IMG/VR virus record: IMGVR_UViG_3300037511_000186
Span: 1-44,835 of that record
Direction: 5' to 3' (one strand)
Length of the DNA: 44,835 nt
DNA from: a virus
Below are positions 24,091 to 33,133 of the stretch, piece after piece (positions within the stretch are counted from its first letter, which is position 1; every line of letters starts with the position of its first letter). The notes under the pieces were generated by a model. That model was not told where the DNA came from. It worked only from the letters and a program-made list of their open reading frames with translations, and made no database searches. Both the position numbers and the translations under genes were made by a program.

Positions 24091-24172
24091 CGCCACGCAA
24101 CGTAACTAACAGACTAAATACGATCAGCACCCATGTGGTATAGTTCAACAGTGACACACAGAAGGAATTAGA

Positions 24173-24595
24173 ATGTCTAATGCTTACGCTACTTTTCAAG
24201 TCGGTAATTTTGACCGAACTGAATCTATCGAATTTCAAGCCGAGATGGTTCATCTAGGAACGCTAGGGCTTTCGCTAAAAGAATGTGGTGATTACTACGG
24301 TCTTGATCCCGATGATTGGATTGAGTGGTGTGAAGAGCACCCCATAACAGAAGCTAGACATAATTGTGGCAAAGCACGTGGCATTGCTTTAGCCGGCGAA
24401 AAGTTAATGAATGAAATTAAAGCGGGTAAGATTAATGCAATTACATTTTATCTAAAAACCCAAGGTAACTTCTTGGAGAAATCCGCAATTTCAATTGAAG
24501 AGAATTTAAAAATTTCTAAAATACCTCTTCCTCCGATCCCTGTTGACCCCGTGGAAGCCGCTAAGGTATACAAGCAGTTTATGCAAAGCTCTTGA
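24173..24595 (+). CDS. putative small terminase subunit
   Basis: HTH-like segment LGLSLKECGDYYGLDPDDWIEW followed by KINAITFYLKTQGNF, which resembles the conserved small-terminase motif. First gene of the late block, with AAGGAA upstream. Confidence 0.5.
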   Translation: MSNAYATFQVGNFDRTESIEFQAEMVHLGTLGLSLKECGDYYGLDPDDWIEWCEEHPITEARHNCGKARGIALAGEKLMNEIKAGKINAITFYLKTQGNFLEKSAISIEENLKISKIPLPPIPVDPVEAAKVYKQFMQSS

Positions 24596-24649
24596 CGCGA
24601 CTCCAAAAGGGTATAGACTCTAGGTATTTATTCATGAGAGATATTTTTT

Positions 24650-24844
24650 ATGGCTGGCGGAACTACTGTTCAAGCAGATAATGGTGTTGCACTTCCCATT
24701 GATAATCTGGCGATCACTTTTACATACTCCGGTAGTTTTGTTACTACCGCCACTGTAGTTTATCGTACTATTACTTATGTTCAAACTTTCACTAACAATG
24801 GAACCCACATTACTAATATCTCGCAGTGGGTGGCTCAACCATGA
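24650..24844 (+). CDS. small beta-rich hypothetical protein (64 aa)
   Basis: ATGA overlap with the following fibre-like gene. Thr/Val-rich. No motif recognised. Confidence 0.5.
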   Translation: MAGGTTVQADNGVALPIDNLAITFTYSGSFVTTATVVYRTITYVQTFTNNGTHITNISQWVAQP

Positions 24845-26496
24845 ACTATGCAGAATTTTATCAAGGTCTACTCCTCTTTAACGTGGCCTTTGGTGGCGGC
24901 GGGGGTGGCGGAGGTACCGTTACTAACGTTGGTACCGGAACGGGTCTTACCGGCGGTCCTATTACTACTACCGGTGTGGTATCCCTCGCATCTATTGCCG
25001 CGGGTTCTTTACTCGCAAACACTACAGTAGGTGCCGCGGCACCTGTAGCTACAACCCCTTCTGCTTTGCTCGATAATGCTTTTGGTAATACTAGAGGCAA
25101 TATTCTTTTTCGCGGTTCAACAGGTTGGCAATCTCTCGCCCCTTCTTCTGACTCTAGTTATTTCTTAAAGTCTGGTGGAGTTGGCGCCGATGTGGCATGG
25201 GCAGCACCTACGGTTACACTTTTTAACCCTGCCTTTACTCTGTATTTTGGTCCTGGCGGCGATGATACGGATGGAGATGGCACCGAGAACAATCCGTTTG
25301 AAACTTTAGCTAAGGTAACTACAGTAGGCCAAGCACTTATCGTTGGGGGTGCTGATTTTGTTCAGATCATAGGTTTAGGCCGAGGTGTAGACATCACCAA
25401 TGTATCAATTACGGAAAGTGGGCTTGATATCTACGCCCCGGGCATTCAGCATGACCCTACGATGGGCGATGCATTCACTGTGGATTTATCGGGAGCAGGG
25501 TCTGCTTCCTATATTAATGTACTTTTAGCTTCTTCAGCTGTAGAAGTAGGCGCTAAAGTTTTAAATCTTATAGGTACTTTCGGCGGTAATGATAGCGTAG
25601 CCGCATTTACGTATATTGGAGCGGCTACAGGTGATGTGTATCTTAACGTTCGATGTGATTTTAGCACCACTTTTATTGGGGGGTTGTTAACCGCTAATGC
25701 TCCTAACACTAAAGTTTTTACGCAATATGGTATCGCTACTCAAACACAAGCAACAAGACTTAATTTAATCGGCATGTTATTTGGCGCTGGGGGCGGTGCA
25801 ATTCACGGTCCAGTAACCTGTACTAATAATTGGCGCTATCCTATGCGCCGTACCGTTACCTTGTCTGGGAATTATACACTACTTACTGGCGACTCTGGCT
25901 TGCTGTTCGTTAATGATGGTAGTGGCGACTATACTATTACGCTTCCGGAAGTATCGAACCAAGGTACACCTCCATTTAACGAAGGGTATGAAGCTGAATT
26001 TTTAAACACGGGTTCCGGTAGTATTAGCTTCGCTGTGGAAGGTACAGATACTTTTCTTGGTATAGCAACCCTTGATGCACCAGGACAAAGAGCAACTGTG
26101 ATTGAACCAGAAGCGGGACAATGGGTTGCGAGTCTTCAAAATAATACGGCGGGCGGGGGCGGTGGTGGCGGCCTAACAACGAATACGGTTTCTAGTACAT
26201 CGCAAGCGGCCGCAGTAAATAATCGATATATCTGTGCGAATGCCGCACAAACTACTGTTACATTACCCACCACTTTCGCAGTAGGGGACGTAATTGTGAT
26301 TAACGGTCTAGGGGCGGCAGGTTTCATAGCCCAGTGTGGAACGGGCACCAAGATTGCAACGGTTGATGATTCTGTGAGCGTGGGCGGGAGTTTGACTTCA
26401 GCTAATTCAACAGATTCGCTTACCTTGAGCGGTTTAGTAGCTAATTCTATTTGGGCTATTGAATCTATCGTAACAACCGGTATGACGTCAGCTTAA
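24841..26496 (+). CDS. fibre-like structural protein with two poly-Gly linkers (551 aa)
   Basis: I prefer the ATG at 24841 (ATGA coupling). Gly8 lies at nt 24892-24915 and Gly7 at 26152-26172. TGTGLTGGPITTTGVVSL and GNILFRGSTGWQSLAP are motifs seen in phage fibre proteins. The central region resembles the beta-helix-like modules of the next two genes. Confidence 0.65.
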   Translation: MNYAEFYQGLLLFNVAFGGGGGGGGTVTNVGTGTGLTGGPITTTGVVSLASIAAGSLLANTTVGAAAPVATTPSALLDNAFGNTRGNILFRGSTGWQSLAPSSDSSYFLKSGGVGADVAWAAPTVTLFNPAFTLYFGPGGDDTDGDGTENNPFETLAKVTTVGQALIVGGADFVQIIGLGRGVDITNVSITESGLDIYAPGIQHDPTMGDAFTVDLSGAGSASYINVLLASSAVEVGAKVLNLIGTFGGNDSVAAFTYIGAATGDVYLNVRCDFSTTFIGGLLTANAPNTKVFTQYGIATQTQATRLNLIGMLFGAGGGAIHGPVTCTNNWRYPMRRTVTLSGNYTLLTGDSGLLFVNDGSGDYTITLPEVSNQGTPPFNEGYEAEFLNTGSGSISFAVEGTDTFLGIATLDAPGQRATVIEPEAGQWVASLQNNTAGGGGGGGLTTNTVSSTSQAAAVNNRYICANAAQTTVTLPTTFAVGDVIVINGLGAAGFIAQCGTGTKIATVDDSVSVGGSLTSANSTDSLTLSGLVANSIWAIESIVTTGMTSA

Positions 26497-26507
26497 GGAG
26501 ATTTTAA

Positions 26508-27092
26508 TTGTCTATAGTAAATGCGATTAATGCTGCAAAGTATCCGAATAATGGCGTCAGTCTTTATGTATCTAAATTAAATGGAAATGATGCAAATACA
26601 GGAAGTATATTTTCTCAATTAGCTTCAATGAATGCTGCACACGCATTGGCGCGTTCTCTGCCCGCAACTTATTTTTTTATTAATGTAACGGATGCTGAGA
26701 CTTATGATGAAGCACAAGTATTAGATTATCCTGTTAACATCTACGCTCCTGCTGCTACCTTTCAAACTATTGCAGCATCGGGGGATTGTATGACTCTGAC
26801 CGGTTCTGGGGTGGTAGTTTACGCTTCGGTTATTCAATCAACCGCGGGCAATGCCGTAACAGTAAATGGCGGCTATCCCATCCTTGGGTTTAATGCTTCA
26901 TTTGCGGGTAACTTTGTTGCTAATTCGGGTGCGGGTTATGTAACTATTAATGCTAATACTATATTTGGTAGCGTATCAAATCCCGGTTTTGCTGGGGGCA
27001 CCAGAACTATACTTAATCTTTCTACACCGATAGGTGGCTCTGTGGATGCTTATACATTTGCCCCGTGGTCTAATTCATTAACACCATTTTAG
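26508..27092 (+). CDS. beta-helix-like structural protein (194 aa)
   Basis: TTG start with AAGGAG 7 nt upstream. LYVSKLNGNDANTGS...YPVNIYAPAATF parallels LYFGPGGDDTDGDG...LDIYAPGIQH of the preceding gene. Confidence 0.55.
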   Translation: MSIVNAINAAKYPNNGVSLYVSKLNGNDANTGSIFSQLASMNAAHALARSLPATYFFINVTDAETYDEAQVLDYPVNIYAPAATFQTIAASGDCMTLTGSGVVVYASVIQSTAGNAVTVNGGYPILGFNASFAGNFVANSGAGYVTINANTIFGSVSNPGFAGGTRTILNLSTPIGGSVDAYTFAPWSNSLTPF

Positions 27093-27102
27093 GAGAGAAA
27101 TA

Positions 27103-27240
27103 ATGGCAAATGAAGGCAGAGAAACACTTCTTAAAAATATTGAAACATATATAGATAAGATGATCGCAGAAGGCAGGATTCCCCTTGAGCAAAGAGAAAA
27201 GGCTATTGAGGAATATAAGATTAGGGCCAGGATTTATTAA
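27103..27240 (+). CDS. small hypothetical protein (45 aa), below the ORF-track cutoff
   Basis: My translation is MANEGRETLLKNIETYIDKMIAEGRIPLEQREKAIEEYKIRARIY. AGGAGA lies 6-7 nt upstream. Confidence 0.45.
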   Translation: MANEGRETLLKNIETYIDKMIAEGRIPLEQREKAIEEYKIRARIY

Positions 27241-27279
27241 TTAGAATTTAGATTTTTCATGAATTTATAAGGAGCTTAA

Positions 27280-28614
27280 ATGACATTTCAATCATCCGTT
27301 TCAATTAAACAGGGTTTTAGCGTACCCGGTGAGATATTTCAAGATGTCGCATGGACCGTACTTTCATATACATTAGATAGTGACGGCACTCCTAATAACG
27401 TAGGTTCTACCGCATACACTATTACTAGCGAAGGCGTAGTGCAGGCGGGTAATGGCGGTGAATTTGGCTATGCTGGTATTTTAGCCATTCCTAAAAGTTA
27501 TTCACTTTTTGGGGTGGATGGAAGCGGACTAGAACCCTCTCTACAATTACCGGATTTTACTCAAGCTGAGATAGCTAGCCAAGGTATGATGGCGGTTATT
27601 TTACCGAACGAAGCGGATATTAACGATCTTATTATTTATGATAATGATACTGGGACTTTATCATCTATTGGACCTGATGAAGAATTACCCGATGGTTTTA
27701 GTTATGCAGGTGCTGTTGTATCTCAATTCACCCAAACCGTGGGCGGTCAGGGTTTAGCTATTATTAATTTAACTCCTGGGGCGGCTAATAATGCGGCTAG
27801 TGCCGAATATAATTATCGCAACATTTTTTGGGTAGATGAAGATGGCGAAGCTTTGGAAAACTGGGGTAATTCGCCAGTTAGACCTTTACCAAGTATTAGT
27901 GACGTAGTTGCTAGAATGGAGTTGGGCCAAACTTATGTTATTAATATTCCCGGGGGTCAACAATACGATGGTGCTTATGTATTACCAACAGGGGTACAAT
28001 TATCTATTGTTGGGCCTTCTTGCACATTAGCAAGTAATGGCGATACCATGTTTACTATGGACGGCGGTACTTTGAATTTAGATGTGGGGATAATAGATGC
28101 AGATACGTTCACTCCCATTACAGATTTAACTGGGTTTGCTAGTGTTTTTATTAAAGCAGTAGCGGTAACTGGAGATTTAATCAGTAACGGTAGTACCAAT
28201 TGTAATATTCATGCTGAAATTCAAGATAGTTTTAATGGTAGCTTTATTATTTCTTCAAATGCGCGCCATTACTTAAAATGCAACACAATGAGTGGTGATT
28301 ATACAGATACTAGTTCGGGTACCGGAGTACCTAGAAATGGTTTATTTGCTAATGTTGTGGGCGGCGATATATCTTCAACTAATTCGGTGATTTATGGAAA
28401 CGTAACGACCCCGAGTGGTTCTGTAGGTGGTATTGGTCATGGAATTTTTGGTAATACTATGTATAATATTACTACCTTAAGCACACCTCCAGCAACAGGC
28501 GTAACCTTTACATCTAGAACTACAGGGTCTTATATGTTTGCACCAAATGATGGCGCTGCAGGTCAAACACAGGTAACTAATGGCTTGGGTACACTTTCTT
28601 GGATTTCTAATTAA
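27280..28614 (+). CDS. decoration-protein paralogue fused to a beta-helix/fibre-like C-terminal domain (444 aa)
   Basis: The first ~170 aa align with the 178-aa product of 34402..34938 (53 of the first 77 aligned residues identical by hand). The remainder resembles 26508..27092 and ends with the fibre-type motif GQTQVTNGLGTLSWIS. Confidence 0.7.
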   Translation: MTFQSSVSIKQGFSVPGEIFQDVAWTVLSYTLDSDGTPNNVGSTAYTITSEGVVQAGNGGEFGYAGILAIPKSYSLFGVDGSGLEPSLQLPDFTQAEIASQGMMAVILPNEADINDLIIYDNDTGTLSSIGPDEELPDGFSYAGAVVSQFTQTVGGQGLAIINLTPGAANNAASAEYNYRNIFWVDEDGEALENWGNSPVRPLPSISDVVARMELGQTYVINIPGGQQYDGAYVLPTGVQLSIVGPSCTLASNGDTMFTMDGGTLNLDVGIIDADTFTPITDLTGFASVFIKAVAVTGDLISNGSTNCNIHAEIQDSFNGSFIISSNARHYLKCNTMSGDYTDTSSGTGVPRNGLFANVVGGDISSTNSVIYGNVTTPSGSVGGIGHGIFGNTMYNITTLSTPPATGVTFTSRTTGSYMFAPNDGAAGQTQVTNGLGTLSWISN

Positions 28615-28626
28615 TAAGGATTGAAA

Positions 28627-28917
28627 ATGACGATACCTAATGACGTTTTAACTCTTCAGAGTGCTTTAAAGACTACTGTTGCTAAACTTATGGCGCATAG
28701 TCAAACAGTTCAAGAGTTGATGAAAGCTAATCTAGATTTACGTGCAGCTTTGCATTTAGCACAAACGGATAAAAATCAACTTGAAGAATACGTTAATAGC
28801 CTATTAAATCCACCTGCAACTCCCGAAGCTGTGGAACCAGAAAAAGTTGCTGAAGAAGTAGCGGTTTCTGAAACAACTGAGGCTGCTAAAGTAGATGCCC
28901 CTTCCGTTCAAGCATGA
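28627..28917 (+). CDS. coiled-coil / acidic Pro-rich hypothetical protein (96 aa)
   Basis: I prefer the ATG at 28627 (AAGGA 6 nt upstream) over the TTG at 28621. The 3' end overlaps the large terminase start by 23 nt. Confidence 0.55.
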   Translation: MTIPNDVLTLQSALKTTVAKLMAHSQTVQELMKANLDLRAALHLAQTDKNQLEEYVNSLLNPPATPEAVEPEKVAEEVAVSETTEAAKVDAPSVQA

Positions 28918-30514
28918 CTTTAAAAATCCCGATTACGCATTCGTATTTGAATATCGAATGCGTAAATTGGAACAGCTGAGAAAAGATCCTAAGTTACTTC
29001 GAGATTTAAAAGTTTTCTATAAGCATAACCCCGCTCAATTTATAATTGACTGGGGTGTTACTTATGACCCAAGAAAAGTTGAAAAAGGGCAACCAAGCTT
29101 TTTACCTTTTTTACTTTTTGAGCTTCAAGAAGAATGGGTCCATTGGTTTGTTGCACGTTGGAAAAATCAAGAACCAGGTTTATCTGATAAATCCCGTGAA
29201 ATGGGTTTGAGCTGGCTTACTATTGCTACGGCATGTACCTTATGTTTATTCCATGAAGGTATGACTATAGGTTTTGGTTCTCGCAAAGAAGAATACGTTG
29301 ATAAGCGTGGAGATCCTAAATCCCTTTTATATAAAGCACGTTATTTTTTATCTAATCTACCGAAAGAATTTAGAGGTTCTTTTGATGTTAATAGACACGC
29401 ACCTTATAAACGTATTGAATTTCCGGATACGAATTCCATCATTACGGGAGAAAGTGGTGATGGAATTGGCCGAGGCGATAGAGCTTCTATTTACGTCGTG
29501 GACGAATCCGCATGGTTACCCCGACCTGAATTGGTAGAAGCTTCTCTTTCCGAAACTACAAATTGTCGTATAGATATTTCCACCCCTTGGGGTATGAATA
29601 ATCCTTTTGCGCGTAAAAGACACGGCGGTAAAATTTCTGTATTTTCGTTACATTGGAAAGATGACCCACGTAAAGATCAAGCTTGGTACGATAAGAAATG
29701 TCGTGATATTGACGATCCTGTAGTTATTGCACAGGAATTGGATTTAGATTATTCCGCTTCGGTAGAAGGGATTGTTATACCTTCTGCTTGGGTAAGAGCG
29801 GCTATAGATGCGCATATCCATCTAGGAATAACCCCGACGGGTAGAAAACGCTTAGGGGGAGATATTGCAGATGAAGGAGCCGATAAAAATGCGGCTGCAG
29901 GTAATCATGGGATTTTAATTGACTATTTGGAACAGTGGAGTGGAAAAGGTGGAGATATTTACAGTACGGTAGAAAAGATTTTCGGTATATGTGATGACTA
30001 TGGATATTTAGAAGTAATATACGATGCGGATGGTTTGGGTGCAGGGGTACGGGGTGACGCACGTGTAATTAATGCTAAACGAACTCGTAAAATAAAATTC
30101 GAGCCCTTTCGTGGTAGTGGCGCTGTGATAGATCCTAAAGGGGATCCTTTTAAGAATTCTCAAGAGCTAAAAGGAGTAGACAGAGGACGTACTAATGAAG
30201 ATTATTTTGCTAATTATAAAGCGCAAAGTTGGTGGGCGCTTAGGCGTAAATTTCAGTTAACCTATCGTGCGGTAGTAGAGAAATTAATAGTAAATCCTGA
30301 CGATATTATAAGTCTAAGTAGTAAACTACTAAATCTGAATCAATTAGTATTAGAGCTATCACAACCTACCTATAGTCAAAATAACGTAGGTAAGATTCTT
30401 ATCGATAAAATACCCGACGGCGGTCGTTCTCCTAATCTTGCTGATGCCGTTATGATAGTATCCGCACCATTTAAGAAAAGTGCTCCCGGGGCCTTCAGTG
30501 CTCCCAGGCTATAG
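28895..30514 (+). CDS. terL: large terminase subunit
   Basis: Deviant Walker A SDKSREMGLSW, Walker B IYVVDESAW, and a C-terminal nuclease-like half. It directly precedes the portal gene. Confidence 0.85.
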   Translation: MPLPFKHDFKNPDYAFVFEYRMRKLEQLRKDPKLLRDLKVFYKHNPAQFIIDWGVTYDPRKVEKGQPSFLPFLLFELQEEWVHWFVARWKNQEPGLSDKSREMGLSWLTIATACTLCLFHEGMTIGFGSRKEEYVDKRGDPKSLLYKARYFLSNLPKEFRGSFDVNRHAPYKRIEFPDTNSIITGESGDGIGRGDRASIYVVDESAWLPRPELVEASLSETTNCRIDISTPWGMNNPFARKRHGGKISVFSLHWKDDPRKDQAWYDKKCRDIDDPVVIAQELDLDYSASVEGIVIPSAWVRAAIDAHIHLGITPTGRKRLGGDIADEGADKNAAAGNHGILIDYLEQWSGKGGDIYSTVEKIFGICDDYGYLEVIYDADGLGAGVRGDARVINAKRTRKIKFEPFRGSGAVIDPKGDPFKNSQELKGVDRGRTNEDYFANYKAQSWWALRRKFQLTYRAVVEKLIVNPDDIISLSSKLLNLNQLVLELSQPTYSQNNVGKILIDKIPDGGRSPNLADAVMIVSAPFKKSAPGAFSAPRL

Positions 30515-30550
30515 TGCTATACTCATTTACAAACTTAAAGGAACACCCCC

Positions 30551-32071
30551 ATGTGGAATTTATTCAAAAAGAAAAAAGCCCCAGAAGTTGTTACGCCTCC
30601 AGCTGAAGAGCCTAAAGCTTTTATGTCTACGCATAGAAATCCGTATAACCGGCTTCAAAAATTAGTTGACGATCAGCTTAAACGAATGCACGAAAAAGGG
30701 TTTGAACCTTTTCATCAAATACAAAATATTGCAGGCACTGCAATGGATAATCAAATTAATACTAAAGCACAAAGTCAGGGCGGCCAAACCATCCCTTCGC
30801 AACAAGTGTATTGGTATGCCTCCCAAAGTTTTATCGGCTTTCAATTATGCGCAATGTTATCTCAACAGTGGCTTATTAAGAAATGTTGTTTAATGCCGGC
30901 AAAAGATGCGGTTAGAAATGGGTTTGATATTACGGTTAATGATGGTACCGTAGTGGGACCTGAAATTTTAGATGAAATTAAGCGCTTAGATGTTGCTTAT
31001 CGTTTAAATTATAACCTCATTCAACTAATAGACCAGGGACGTACTTTTGGTATTCGTATAGCAATGTTCATTGTGGAATCCGATGATAAAGATTATTATA
31101 AAAAACCTTTTAATCCTGATGGTATTTTGCCGGGGTCTTATAAAGGGATTTCTCAAGTAGACCCCTATTGGATAACTCCACAGTTGGATAGTGAAGCCGC
31201 GGGATCTCCTGGAAGTATACATTTCTATGAACCTACTTGGTGGAATATCGATAATAAATTAGTTCATAGAACACATCTTATTATTTATAAAACAGAAGAA
31301 CTTCCAGATATTATTAAGCCTACGTATATTTACGCAGGGGTGTCTATTCCTCAAAAAATATATGAACGCGTATATGCGGCTGAACGTACGGCTAATGAAG
31401 CTCCGTTATTAGCTTTGACTAAACGTACGGATGTTCTAAAAACAGATATGGCACAAGCGATCGCGGACGAGCCGGGTTTTGTAGCGCGCATACAAAACTG
31501 GGTTTTTAATCGAGATAACTACGGTATTAAGACTATCGGTCTTGACGATGACTATGACCAAAGAGATACAAGTCTTGCTGATTTAGATGCGGTTATTATG
31601 ACCCAATATCAACTAGTAGCAGCGGCGGCAAATATTCCTGCGGTTAAACTCTTAGGTACAGCCCCTAAAGGATTTAATTCTACGGGTGAATATGAAGAGG
31701 CTAACTATCACGAAGAATTAGAGTCTATTCAAACGCATGATTTAACCCCTTTAATAGAACGTCATTGGCTCTTATTAATCCGGTCTGAAATTTGTCCGAA
31801 ATTTAATATAGAGCCTTTCATAGTTACCCCCGTGTGGAGACCACTAGATGCTATGACGGCTAAAGAATTGGCTGAAGTTAACTTCTTTAAAGCTCAGACG
31901 GGTAGCCTTCTTTCTCAAAGTGGTGCGATAGATGGGTATGATGAAAGAGAGCGTATTATTGCTGATTCCGAAAGTGGGTATTCGGGGCTGAATGTTGAAG
32001 AAGTTCCAGAAAATCCAGAAGTAAATGAAAATGATTTCGAGCCGGTTAAAAAGGATCGGGAGTTGATTTGA
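30551..32071 (+). CDS. portal protein
   Basis: 506 aa. It follows terL and precedes the Mu-F-like gene. AAGGAA lies upstream. Called mainly from size and position. Confidence 0.75.
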   Translation: MWNLFKKKKAPEVVTPPAEEPKAFMSTHRNPYNRLQKLVDDQLKRMHEKGFEPFHQIQNIAGTAMDNQINTKAQSQGGQTIPSQQVYWYASQSFIGFQLCAMLSQQWLIKKCCLMPAKDAVRNGFDITVNDGTVVGPEILDEIKRLDVAYRLNYNLIQLIDQGRTFGIRIAMFIVESDDKDYYKKPFNPDGILPGSYKGISQVDPYWITPQLDSEAAGSPGSIHFYEPTWWNIDNKLVHRTHLIIYKTEELPDIIKPTYIYAGVSIPQKIYERVYAAERTANEAPLLALTKRTDVLKTDMAQAIADEPGFVARIQNWVFNRDNYGIKTIGLDDDYDQRDTSLADLDAVIMTQYQLVAAAANIPAVKLLGTAPKGFNSTGEYEEANYHEELESIQTHDLTPLIERHWLLLIRSEICPKFNIEPFIVTPVWRPLDAMTAKELAEVNFFKAQTGSLLSQSGAIDGYDERERIIADSESGYSGLNVEEVPENPEVNENDFEPVKKDRELI

Positions 32072-32940
32072 CTATCAAAACGTTAAAACTGTCTGATAAA
32101 AAAGCGCGGTGGGCTAAAAACCGTAATGTTGTTTTACGCGGAAAGCGTTTAAACTATAATGCTAGCTTACAAACCTGGTATGGGAGAAAGCTTTTAAAAT
32201 TAATTAATGAAATGACGTTAGAAGTAAAACTGGAAGTAACTAGATTGTTTAAACGTTTACCGGTTGAAACTTTTGGAACAACGGATGAAAGTATAGGTTC
32301 CCAAGCTAGAATATTGATGAATAAGTTAACTGAAAAGTTTGAGGCTCTTTTTGCCCTTGAATCTAAAACGTTAGCGGATGAAATGTTGGAACGGACCCTA
32401 AAGACTAGCGAGAGTACTTTAAGTAGTAGCTTAAAACAGCTATCCGGTGGTTTGAGTATTAACACGAGTATTGTTCCTCCCGAACTTATGGATGTAATAA
32501 ATGCTTCTATAGCTGAAAACGTTTCTTTAATTAAGTCTATTCCCTCTCAGTATTTTAAAGATGTAACCGGGTCCGTAATGCGTTCCATTACTTCCGGTGA
32601 GGGGTTATATGATCTGCTTCCCGAGATTAAGAAGTACGAAAATCTCACGGAACGAAGAGCAGAATTATTAGCGTTAGATCAAACTCGAAAAGCATATACT
32701 TCTATTAATGCAGTTAAGTTAGATAAATTGGGTGTTAAAAAGTTTGAGTGGATTCATAGTGGCGGGGGTCAAACTCCACGTCCGTCGCATGTTAGGATGA
32801 ACGGAGAGATTTTCAGTTTTGAAAATCTACAAGCGGAGCAGGCGGCTTTGAATATACCTAAAGATGACCGTGGATTACCTGGTTATCCTATTAATTGTCG
32901 TTGTACTTTTAGCCCAGTAATAGAATTTGAGGATGAGTAA
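32068..32940 (+). CDS. head morphogenesis protein (Mu gpF / SPP1 gp7 family)
   Basis: C-terminal signature [12 protein letters not shown]...[13 protein letters not shown]. The start overlaps the portal stop. Confidence 0.75.
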   Translation: MTIKTLKLSDKKARWAKNRNVVLRGKRLNYNASLQTWYGRKLLKLINEMTLEVKLEVTRLFKRLPVETFGTTDESIGSQARILMNKLTEKFEALFALESKTLADEMLERTLKTSESTLSSSLKQLSGGLSINTSIVPPELMDVINASIAENVSLIKSIPSQYFKDVTGSVMRSITSGEGLYDLLPEIKKYENLTERRAELLALDQTRKAYTSINAVKLDKLGVKKFEWIHSGGGQTPRPSHVRMNGEIFSFENLQAEQAALNIPKDDRGLPGYPINCRCTFSPVIEFEDE

Positions 32941-33080
32941 TGGTTACTTTATTAACGGCATTTTTTCTATACCAATTTCAAGCTTCCTTCTTTTGGTGGA
33001 TATTTTTTATAATTATTTTTCTTTTAGATTTTTATCCTTTTGCTCTAAGAGCATACGAAAAGATACGTAAAAGATTTTGA
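32940..33080 (+). CDS. small hydrophobic protein (46 aa), below the ORF-track cutoff
   Basis: My translation is [51 protein letters not shown] coupling to the preceding gene. Coding status uncertain. Confidence 0.4.
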   Translation: MVTLLTAFFLYQFQASFFWWIFFIIIFLLDFYPFALRAYEKIRKRF

Positions 33081-33106
33081 CACTTATTTAATTTCGGTGC
33101 TATTCT
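33077..33106 (+). promoter_or_regulatory. candidate internal promoter ahead of the scaffold-decoration-capsid genes
   Basis: TTGACA (33077-33082), 18-nt spacer ending in TGc, TATTCT (33101-33106). Confidence 0.4.
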
Positions 33107-33133
33107 CAACATAATATTTTATGGGGTTGTTAA

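Noticed and set aside
23987-24253. 88-aa minus-strand ORF overlapping the start of the terS-like gene
   Set aside because: It is antisense to a well-supported late gene and to the iteron/promoter region. It has no ribosome-binding site and is opposite to all neighbouring transcription.
24592-24617. Promoter-like TTGACG ... TATAGA after the terS-like gene
   Set aside because: The spacer is only 14 nt, too short for sigma70.
24892-24915. G-rich runs as CRISPR-like or phase-variable repeats
   Set aside because: They are in-frame mixed Gly codons within one ORF. Only two copies exist, with no repeat-spacer architecture and no long homopolymer.
24861-25100. Minus-strand ORFs 24861..25100 and 26136..26351 with poly-proline runs
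   Set aside because: They are antisense shadows of the Gly-run regions of the fibre-like gene (GGN codons read as CCN). No independent support.
27280-27789. Diversity-generating retroelement (template/variable repeat) explanation for the similarity to 34402..34938
   Set aside because: No reverse transcriptase is present. The two regions differ at all kinds of positions and at the amino-acid level throughout, not just at adenines. This is ordinary paralogy.
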